Below the pieces are notes generated by a model, which saw only the letters and a list, made by a program, of their open reading frames with translations, was not told the DNA's origin and did no database searches. A stretch of DNA of 64,000 nucleotides from Abditibacteriaceae bacterium (GTDB lineage Bacteria; Armatimonadota; Abditibacteriia; Abditibacteriales; Abditibacteriaceae). Within the stretch, counting starts at the first letter, position 1. Every line of letters starts with the position of its first letter. The position numbers and the translations under genes were made by a program. Positions 56,452 to 64,000 of this stretch are shown piece by piece. The stretch covers positions 190,583 through 254,582 of the forward strand of contig JAFAZH010000022.1 of NCBI GenBank assembly GCA_019239895.1. The letters are read 5' to 3'.

Positions 56452-56511
56452 GATAATCCTCCGCTTAGGTTAAATGCCATCATGCACAAGATGCTAGCAC
56501 ATTCCCGCAAC

Positions 56512-59343
56512 TTAATTCTGTAAAGCTTGTTTCCTGAATTCCTGCAATTTCACAATCGCTTCAAGCGGTGTCAGGTTATCTATATCTAACGTCCTGAGTG
56601 CCTCGACAACAGGATGCGGGATGGGAGCCGAGGCTTCACCATCGAAGAGTGATGGCTTCCCCCCTGCCAGTGATGGTGTCATAGGCACCGGCACAGCGGC
56701 CCCATCTTCAATTCCGCGCAACCGTTCACGCGAGAAGATTTCCAGTAGCTCTTTTGACCGTGCGATAACCGGAGTTGGCAACCCCGCCAAACGCGCCACC
56801 TGGATGCCAAAACTGCGGTCAGTGCCGCCACGAATGATGCGACGCAGAAAGATAATATGCTCGCCATCTTCCTTAACTGCAATACGGTAGTTCTTCACGC
56901 GAGGCAAACGCTCTTCCAGTTCGTTCAAATGGTGATAGTGAGTGGCAAACAACGTTTTACAGCCGATTTCATGCAGATGCTCGGCCACGGCCCAGGCAAT
57001 GGAAAGGCCATCATAGGTAGACGTGCCGCGCCCGACTTCATCGAGAATAACTAAGGAGCGTGGCGTGGCATTATTTAAAATGTTGGCGGTCTCGTTCATC
57101 TCCACCGTGAAAGTACTCTGCCCGGTGGCCAGGTCATCTTGCGCGCCAACACGAGTAAAGATGCGGTCAATCAGACCAATGCGGGCACTCGTGGCGGGCA
57201 AGAAAGAACCAATTTGCGCCATTAGGGAAATGAGTGCGACCTGACGCAAATAAGTAGATTTACCACTGGCGTTTGGCCCGGTGATAATCAGCACCTGTTG
57301 CTCCTCTGTATCTAGCATACAGTCATTGGGCACGAAAGGTTCCGGCAGGGCCGCTTCAACCACAGGGTGGCGTCCACTGCGCATGGCGAGTGAAGCGTCA
57401 TCGGTAATTTCCGGGCGCACAAAATCACGGCGCGCGGCAACTTCGGCAAAACTGGCGTACACATCCAGATGGGCGAGGGCGCGTGCCGTTTCGAGCAATG
57501 GCCCGGCAGCGGCGGCTACCTGAGAGCGCACGCTTTCAAATAATCGCTTTTCGCGCTCATTGATGCGATCTTGTGCTCCTAAAATAAGAGCTTCTTTTTC
57601 TTTTAAATCCGGCGTTACAAAACGCTCAGCGTTGGCGGTGGTTTGCTTGCGCGTATAATCGGCAGGCACCATCGAAAGATTGCTCTTAGTGATTTCGATG
57701 TAGTAACCGAACACATTATTGAAGCCGACTTTCAAGCTCTTGATACCGGTGCGCGTTCGCTCCGATTCTTCCAGTTGAGCAATCCAGGTTTTTCCCTCAC
57801 GGGCGGCGCGTCGCGTTTCATCCAGCTCTTCATCATAGCCTTCACGGATGAGTCCACCTTCGGTCAGCACGGCGGGCGGTTCATCGGCAATGGCGCTTTC
57901 CAGCAATTGCAGCACCTGGGGCGCAGGTTCCAGATGATCGCGCATTTTGGTGATGGCCGGGGCCGCACACGACTCTAAGGCCATACGAATGGCGGGCAGG
58001 GTTTGTAGTGCCGTGCGCAGGGCCACCAAGTCGCGGGCATTGCCCTGCCCGGTTACAGCGCGGCTGACCAACCTTTCAATGTCACCAATGCTCTTCAATA
58101 AATCGCGCACATCGCGCCGCACCAGGAGGTTTTCCAGGAGTTCACTCACGGCCTCTTGCCGCCGTAGGATGCGGTCTTTAATCAGCAGCGGTTGCAAGAT
58201 CCACTTGCGCAACAAGCGTGTTCCGGCACCGGTTTTGGTTTCATCGAGCAGGCCCAGCAAAGTGCCGCGTGAAGAGCCATCGCGCAACGACTGCACCAGT
58301 TCCAGATTGCGCCGGGTGGCACTATCCAGCAGCATCCACTCGTGGGTAGAAAGTAATCCGATACGACGAATATGGCCCAGAGCACCCAGTTGGGTTTCTT
58401 TGACATAATCCAGCGCCAGGGCCGCCGCTTCTTGCGCTAAGGACAATTCTTCGAGACCGTAGCCACGCAAAGATGAGGTGCGAAATTGCGTGCAGAGTTT
58501 CTGATAAGGCTTTTCCATCCCGGTGGCATCAGATGCAGTGGTGCAGAGACCCAGGGCACTGAGCATGTCCAGAAAACCGGCACATTCCCGCAACGACTGG
58601 GGCACCAGCACTTCGGAGGGAGAAAAGCGCAGCAACTCTTCGCGCAACCGCGCCCAGCGTAATGAGGCTTCATCAGCAGCCAAGGGCGTCTGGTCGGCGC
58701 TCACGGCAGCCCCCGCTTCAGTGGCTTCTAAGGGCACTGTGTCACAAAGCTCCACCGGTTGCCCACCGTTATTGCTACTAGCATCGGTGGAAGCTTGCGT
58801 GCCATTATTAGATGCGGCCTTCCCCCCTGCTTTGCGCTTGCCCCCATCATTAGGAGCGATACCTTCGACTTCACCGGCCATAAACTCGCCTGTGGAAATA
58901 TCCAGCAGGGCAAGGCCAAAGCGGGTGAGCGAAGCATCGGCAGCCAACGCCGCCAGGAAGTTGTTGCCCCGCGCCGCGCCCACGCTTTGCAAAAAAGCGT
59001 CTTCTAAGACCGTGCCCGGCGAGAGCACGCGCACCACTTCGCGCTTGACCAGGCCGCGCGAGTATTTAGGGTCTTCCATCTGCTCGCAAATCGCGCAACG
59101 ATAGCCCTTGGCGACCAGTTGAGCAATATAGCGTTCTGCCGCATGGTACGGGACGCCGCACATCGGCATCTTCTCGCCACCGTCGCTGCGCCCGGTGAGA
59201 GTCAGCTCTAATTCGCGCGAAGCGATTTGCGCGTCTTCGCCAAAAAGCTCATAGAAGTCGCCCAACCGAAAGAGCAAAAGGACATCGGGATACTGAGTCT
59301 TAATGCGCTCCCACTGGCGCATCATTGGAGTTGCTTGTGCCAT
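56512..59343 (-). CDS. mutS: DNA mismatch repair protein MutS (with a low-complexity insertion)
   Basis: 943 aa. N-terminal mismatch-binding domain (MMRQWERIKTQYPDVLLLFRLGDFYELF), Walker A GPNASGKST and the DEVGRGTSTYDGLSIAWA motif. Confidence 0.9.
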   Translation of the reverse strand: MAQATPMMRQWERIKTQYPDVLLLFRLGDFYELFGEDAQIASRELELTLTGRSDGGEKMPMCGVPYHAAERYIAQLVAKGYRCAICEQMEDPKYSRGLVKREVVRVLSPGTVLEDAFLQSVGAARGNNFLAALAADASLTRFGLALLDISTGEFMAGEVEGIAPNDGGKRKAGGKAASNNGTQASTDASSNNGGQPVELCDTVPLEATEAGAAVSADQTPLAADEASLRWARLREELLRFSPSEVLVPQSLRECAGFLDMLSALGLCTTASDATGMEKPYQKLCTQFRTSSLRGYGLEELSLAQEAAALALDYVKETQLGALGHIRRIGLLSTHEWMLLDSATRRNLELVQSLRDGSSRGTLLGLLDETKTGAGTRLLRKWILQPLLIKDRILRRQEAVSELLENLLVRRDVRDLLKSIGDIERLVSRAVTGQGNARDLVALRTALQTLPAIRMALESCAAPAITKMRDHLEPAPQVLQLLESAIADEPPAVLTEGGLIREGYDEELDETRRAAREGKTWIAQLEESERTRTGIKSLKVGFNNVFGYYIEITKSNLSMVPADYTRKQTTANAERFVTPDLKEKEALILGAQDRINEREKRLFESVRSQVAAAAGPLLETARALAHLDVYASFAEVAARRDFVRPEITDDASLAMRSGRHPVVEAALPEPFVPNDCMLDTEEQQVLIITGPNASGKSTYLRQVALISLMAQIGSFLPATSARIGLIDRIFTRVGAQDDLATGQSTFTVEMNETANILNNATPRSLVILDEVGRGTSTYDGLSIAWAVAEHLHEIGCKTLFATHYHHLNELEERLPRVKNYRIAVKEDGEHIIFLRRIIRGGTDRSFGIQVARLAGLPTPVIARSKELLEIFSRERLRGIEDGAAVPVPMTPSLAGGKPSLFDGEASAPIPHPVVEALRTLDIDNLTPLEAIVKLQEFRKQALQN

Positions 59344-59564
59344 AGTTAAATAAGATCAAGAAATATTGGAGGGGCAGATAATTAATCCCCGCTCTAAAAG
59401 GCTAAAAGGAAACCTTAACCGACTGAGACGCTTGTCATGCTGAACGCAGTGAAGCATCTACTCTGCGGAGTTAGAGTGTCTTAGTTTTGTGTATGGAATT
59501 ACAAGTAGATTTTGACTACGTTCAACGTGCCATACTATCCTGTTCACTCATCAGTTCATGACAC

Positions 59565-59792
59565 TTAATAGTTCCTGTTGTGACATCGCTGAAGGCGCTG
59601 TAAAAATAGCTGCTTAAACTCTTCTTCTGGCATATCGGGAAAGCGGCGACGCAAGCCTTGCCGGAAAAGAGCTTTACTGAAATCCGATAATTCAAACACT
59701 TTGAGCAGGCGCTGTTCTGGCGTCATCTGGCGTAAGCTTTGAATATAGCGACGATGATTGGGACGCGGCTTGGGGTCTGATGTTGTCGGCAT
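59565..59792 (-). CDS. Small hypothetical protein
   Basis: 75-aa ORF, basic, no motifs. Confidence 0.25.
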   Translation of the reverse strand: MPTTSDPKPRPNHRRYIQSLRQMTPEQRLLKVFELSDFSKALFRQGLRRRFPDMPEEEFKQLFLQRLQRCHNRNY

Positions 59793-60239
59793 GAATAGCG
59801 GAGTCCCTCTTCTCTTTACAGGATACTACGAAATACCGCCCGTTTCAGCCTCTAACACAGTATCTCACCCAGCCCCACTTCAATCATCATGGCGGGTCGC
59901 AGGCGTGCTGCCAGTGGCCACGTCGGGAACACTTTGATCCATCGGCCCCTTGCCACGAATGCTCAGTGGTGGCAGCGTCTCACTGCTATCAGCATCACGA
60001 GTCGCTGCGGGGGGGACAATCACCTCCGCATCGGAACTATTACCGGAGGATGTATCAGTAGGAGTTTGAGCTTCATCATTCATCTTGTTGTCTCCTTAAA
60101 GCTTTACCCGTCAGCTAGCTTGGGCCAAATGCTCATAGTACAATTAAAGTATCCTAAATATGGCTTGTTAATCGTACAATCATAAGTGGTCTTACATCAA
60201 CGTCTGGCTCCTTTTGCCAGGATCATAAACTAAGCATCC

Positions 60240-61853
60240 ATGACGTTTCAAATCATGACTGAGCAGCCTCCTGCCACGACTTCAATTCAATCATCTAAGC
60301 CCAATAGATTGCGCGTCTTACGGATGGCGTTGCTGCTCCTGTTAGCTGTTGGCGGCGGGTTGGCCGTGCAGCGTGCCTGGCAAGCGACCAAGCTGCGAGA
60401 AGCTTATATATCAGAATTAGTGGCAGCGACAAAGACAGATGCCAAGAATTCTCGTCTCTGGACGGTACTGGGTGCTCGCCTGGCCCAGTCAGGTTATTAC
60501 GACCAAGCCGCCTGGGCCTTGCATAACGCTGTTCAAAATGGCAACCATGATCCTCTTTGCTGGAAAACCCTGGCCTCTTTGGTGGCCGCTTCCGGGCGGG
60601 CAGCCCAGGCGCAGAAAGTTTTGCAACTGGGAATCCAAATGGGAGTGCCCGGCTTAAGCGAAGCTTTACAGCGGATGCAACAAGTGCCAGCAACAGCGCG
60701 GCCCGCACAGTTGGGGGCAGCCATCATTGAAGGCCCCACTCCCCTAGTAGACAGTATAACTGCGGGCAGTTTTCTGAACCCATTAAGCGAATGGTGGGGC
60801 AGACACCATCCTGAAGCGAGCGGTTTTGCCACGCGTGAAGCATGGGTGAACCAGGAACCTCGTAATGCGGAGGCGCAACGCCTCTGGGGAGAAGCCTTAC
60901 TGCGCAATCGAGCGTTAGCCAAGGCAGTCGCCACTTTAGAAATCGCCTTAACACTAGCTCCCGACTCAGTTCCAACTCATCGTGACATGGCAGAAGCAGC
61001 GACCCTGCTGGGGCGGCTAGACCGCGCTGTGCAGGAATATCAAATCTGTCTCAAACTCCGTCCCAATTGGACGCCTGCGCTTTTAGCCCTGGCCGGAGTG
61101 CAACTTCAACAAGGGCAAGTCGTCCCGGCTACTCAAAGTTATGAGCGAGCGACACAGTTAGACCCACAATCCGTGGAGGCGTGGATTGGGCTGGGAAAAG
61201 CCGACCTTCAATGGAGTTCGCGCGGAGCGGATGCACTTAATGCTTTTGTCAAAGCGGCACAACTGGCCCCGGAGCGCACCGATTTCTATGATGACTATGC
61301 CGAATCCTTGCGCCTGCGTTACCAGTTAGATGATGCGGAGAAGGTCTTGCGCCGTCGTTTGCAAGCCGCACCCGACGATGCGCACGCCCACTATCTCCTC
61401 GGCTATCTCTTATGGCGCAATCGGCCCGATGCCAAGCGCCAACAGGAAGCCGAGGCGGAGTTGCAGTTGGCCCTAAAATATGGGCCAGGCCAACCACAGT
61501 TCCAGTTGGAACTAGCCCAACTCCTGCTGCGCACGGGCAAGCCCCAGGCCGCCTTGCCTCTCTTGCGTCAAGTGACCGCGCAAGACGGTCTCAATGCCAC
61601 CGCAATCCGCCTACTGGCCGAGGCACTACGCCAGTCAGGGCAGGTTGCTGCAGCGCGTGCCGCCACTGAGCGAGCCGACAAATTAACGCGAGTCGTAGAG
61701 CAGTTGCAGGTGCTAACTCACCTGACTCAGGGCACCGCTGGCGACGCGAAGATCTACCGTCAGTTAGCAAAACTTTATGCCTCTGTCGGCCAAACTGCCA
61801 AAGCGCAAGAGGCAATGCGACAGGCGAATCAGGTGAGCCAGCACGGTGGTTGA
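60240..61853 (+). CDS. TPR-repeat protein with N-terminal TM helix
   Basis: 537 aa. Signal-anchor LRMALLLLLAVGGGLAV, then tetratricopeptide-like repeats along the rest of the protein. Confidence 0.7.
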   Translation: MTFQIMTEQPPATTSIQSSKPNRLRVLRMALLLLLAVGGGLAVQRAWQATKLREAYISELVAATKTDAKNSRLWTVLGARLAQSGYYDQAAWALHNAVQNGNHDPLCWKTLASLVAASGRAAQAQKVLQLGIQMGVPGLSEALQRMQQVPATARPAQLGAAIIEGPTPLVDSITAGSFLNPLSEWWGRHHPEASGFATREAWVNQEPRNAEAQRLWGEALLRNRALAKAVATLEIALTLAPDSVPTHRDMAEAATLLGRLDRAVQEYQICLKLRPNWTPALLALAGVQLQQGQVVPATQSYERATQLDPQSVEAWIGLGKADLQWSSRGADALNAFVKAAQLAPERTDFYDDYAESLRLRYQLDDAEKVLRRRLQAAPDDAHAHYLLGYLLWRNRPDAKRQQEAEAELQLALKYGPGQPQFQLELAQLLLRTGKPQAALPLLRQVTAQDGLNATAIRLLAEALRQSGQVAAARAATERADKLTRVVEQLQVLTHLTQGTAGDAKIYRQLAKLYASVGQTAKAQEAMRQANQVSQHGG

Positions 61854-62021
61854 TTGATAGCTGGGGATGATGTTGATTATTAACGATTGTTGGGTGGCGA
61901 TTTTGGTCAGGACATATTTATGAGAGGCACGGCGAAGGGGCAGAGGAACATGGGCAGAGAGAAACGGAATAATGCGGTACATGCTATACCCATTTTTCCA
62001 AGTTACCGAAAATGTTGCCCT

Positions 62022-63734
62022 ATGGCTATCTTCTTTTGGTGCCTTTTGCGCTTTTTTGCGGCTCCTGGTGTCTTTACTTTGGCCCTCATACTCGGCGGCT
62101 GCCGCCAATCTCCTGCACCGCCCCCAGTAAATGGCACTGTGACTGCCACGCCTGCCGCAGCCATCCCTGGGGCCGCCACTGGTGCTGCTGCCAGTGGTGC
62201 AAAGTTTGTAGATGTCGCAGCCCAGGCCGGACTCCATTATCAATGGGTCATTGAAGGCAAGCGGCCCCTTACGACGTTGCAAACCATCGGCAACGGCTGC
62301 GCTTTTCTCGATTACAACAATGATGGCAATCTCGATATTCTCTTGGTCGGGCCAAAGCTCGCGCTCTATCGGGGCGACGGGTACGGGCACTTCGCGGATG
62401 TCAGCCATGCCACCGGACTGGATAAATTGAGCGGGCACTTTTTAGGCTGCGCCACGGGAGACTATGACAATGACGGCTACACGGACATTTATATCTCCGC
62501 TTATCAGGGTGGCCTTTTATTGCATAACGAGGGTGGCAAAAACTTTCGGGATGTCACCAGTATGGCTGGTTTGAAGGCGCAGCCCTGGGGCACATCATGC
62601 GCTTTCGCTGACATCAACAACGACGGCAAGCTTGATCTGTATGTAGCCAATTATTTGCAATATGGCCCCAATTCGCCACAGCTATGCCAATATGACAACA
62701 TCCTCAGTGCGTGCGCACCCTTTCTCTACCCGGCGGAGCGAGGCACGCTTTATCTCAATGCAGGGAGCGGACACTTCCGCGATGTGACGCAAGCCTGGGG
62801 TGCCAGTAGCGCGACGGGTAAGGCACTGGGAGTCGCTTTCGCGGATGTGGATGGGTCGGGTCGCCAAAGTCTGGCTATTGCCAATGATGGCCTGCCAGGT
62901 GACTTGCTGCTGAATCGCGGGCAGCACTTTGAAAATATCGGCGTTGCAGCGGGCGTCGCTTTTGACCTCAGTGGTAAAACTCACGCTGGCATGGGCATTG
63001 ACTGGAGCGACTATGATAATCACGGGCGACTCAGCCTGCTGGTCACAACTTTCGAGGATGAGCCAACCTGTATCTATCACAACAACGGCAAAAACTTATT
63101 CACAGAAATGGCCGCACCGTTAGGTTTAGCTGCACCTACACTGAATGTCTTAACTTTCGGGGCCAAGTGGTTCGACTATGACAATGATGGCTGGCCCGAC
63201 CTGGCCACGGCCAATGGACATGTCCGCAGCAATGCGACGGAGGTTAATCCCCATGCAACCTATCGTCAGCCTTCGCAACTGTTTCATAACGAAGGCGGCC
63301 AACGCTTTGTGGAAGTGGATGCGGAGGCAGGCGCTGCCTGGGGACGCAAAATTGTCGGACGTGGGTTAGCCGTCGGTGACTACGATAATGATGGCCGGGT
63401 GGATGTGCTGATTGTGGATAGTGAGGGCCCGCCGCTCCTACTGCATAATGAAAGCCCAAACAGCGCACATTGGCTAGGCTTGCGCTTAATTGGCTCGCGT
63501 AGCAACCGAGATGCGATTGGCGCGGAGGTGGCGGTGGAGGCTGGGGGCTTAAAACAAACGCGTCGCTGTGGCACGGATGGCTCTTACCTGTCGGCGTCCG
63601 ATCCGCGTGTTCACTTTGGTCTAAACACCGCGACAGTGGCCTCAACCGTCACCGTGCGCTGGCCTACGGGCCAACGCAGCACGCTCCATAACGTGAACGC
63701 TGACCACTATGTAACCCTGCGTGAACTAGATTAG
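62022..63734 (+). CDS. CRTAC1-family protein (FG-GAP/VCBS repeats plus ASPIC/UnbV C-terminal domain), probable lipoprotein
   Basis: Start taken at the signal peptide MAIFFWCLLRFFAAPGVFTLALILGGC. Repeated D-x-D/N-x-D-G motifs (DYNNDGNLD, DYDNDGYTD, DINNDGKLD, DYDNDGWPD, DYDNDGRVD). C-terminal ASPIC/UnbV-like region (RDAIGAEV...RRCGTDGSYLSASDPRVHFGL). Confidence 0.75.
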   Translation: MAIFFWCLLRFFAAPGVFTLALILGGCRQSPAPPPVNGTVTATPAAAIPGAATGAAASGAKFVDVAAQAGLHYQWVIEGKRPLTTLQTIGNGCAFLDYNNDGNLDILLVGPKLALYRGDGYGHFADVSHATGLDKLSGHFLGCATGDYDNDGYTDIYISAYQGGLLLHNEGGKNFRDVTSMAGLKAQPWGTSCAFADINNDGKLDLYVANYLQYGPNSPQLCQYDNILSACAPFLYPAERGTLYLNAGSGHFRDVTQAWGASSATGKALGVAFADVDGSGRQSLAIANDGLPGDLLLNRGQHFENIGVAAGVAFDLSGKTHAGMGIDWSDYDNHGRLSLLVTTFEDEPTCIYHNNGKNLFTEMAAPLGLAAPTLNVLTFGAKWFDYDNDGWPDLATANGHVRSNATEVNPHATYRQPSQLFHNEGGQRFVEVDAEAGAAWGRKIVGRGLAVGDYDNDGRVDVLIVDSEGPPLLLHNESPNSAHWLGLRLIGSRSNRDAIGAEVAVEAGGLKQTRRCGTDGSYLSASDPRVHFGLNTATVASTVTVRWPTGQRSTLHNVNADHYVTLRELD

Positions 63735-63847
63735 AGATGAAGTGCAGAAAATACATTTAAGAAGGATAAAAAGATGATATGGTAGCGGTTTAAGTTTGGA
63801 GGTTAATGGGTATAATGAGGATGTGAATACTACAAAAGGAGAAGAAT

Positions 63848-64000
63848 ATGAAACAGTTGCGTTGGAAGCGACTTAAAAGTGGATTTACCTTGATCGAACT
63901 TTTGGTCGTCATTGCCATTATCGCCATCTTGGCGGCCATCTTGTTCCCGGTCTTTGCCAAAGCCCGCGAAAATGCACGCCGTACTTCATGCGCCAGCAAC
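63848..64000 (+). CDS. Prepilin-type N-terminal cleavage/methylation domain protein (partial, runs off the window end)
   Basis: ATG at 63848 with a [58 protein letters not shown]. Confidence 0.7.
   Translation, partial: MKQLRWKRLKSGFTLIELLVVIAIIAILAAILFPVFAKARENARRTSCASN

Noticed and set aside
1-64000. tRNA or rRNA genes
   Set aside because: No cloverleaf-compatible segments (T-loop ggttcgaatcc-like boxes with matching acceptor stems) and no rRNA-like conserved blocks were seen in the intergenic regions.

Overview
This is a 64 kb bacterial chromosomal window (about 55% GC) with dense coding on both strands. Two prepilin-type N-termini ([18 protein letters not shown]..., [51 protein letters not shown]) suggest a Planctomycetes/Verrucomicrobia/Armatimonadetes-like genome; this is inference.

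Main content:
1. Bacterial microcompartment (BMC) locus, 36.7-43.9 kb, minus strand. The gene set matches the Planctomycete/Verrucomicrobia-type (PVM) aldehyde-oxidising microcompartment: a DeoR regulator, a class II aldolase, two BMC-H shell genes, PduL phosphotransacylase, three EutN/CcmL-type BMC-P vertex genes, an unknown 276-aa protein and an acylating aldehyde dehydrogenase. Four enzymes carry predicted amphipathic encapsulation peptides. There is no BMC-T gene.
2. A family of composite hairpin-forming intergenic elements. They are built from short tandem heptamer-like repeats (cacaaag / cacagat / gaggatagaag). They sit directly after stop codons, repeatedly inside the BMC operon and elsewhere in the window.
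3. A REPtron-like unit, 11.3-12.0 kb: an IS200/RAYT-type HuH transposase gene flanked by perfect 64-bp inverted repeats.
4. A block of three tandem paralogous ~1,120-1,160-aa secreted proteins, 15.0-28.8 kb. Each has many carboxypeptidase-regulatory-like beta-sandwich repeats and an unknown ~480-aa helical C-domain. A cytochrome P450 is interleaved and a classic-clade AAA+ ATPase ends the block.
5. A PspA/IM30 (ESCRT-III superfamily) gene preceded by two uncharacterised coiled-coil/membrane proteins.
6. A flotillin gene paired with an NfeD-like protein carrying a ~95-aa His/Gly-rich insert.

Housekeeping and other genes include RsgA, MutS, PBP2, NagA/NagB, SpoIID, a GAF-GGDEF-HD-GYP protein, a P450 and an RRM protein with a Gly-rich tail.

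No rRNA, tRNA or CRISPR array was recognised. Several additional long inverted repeats and a probable frameshifted solute-binding-protein gene were noted.
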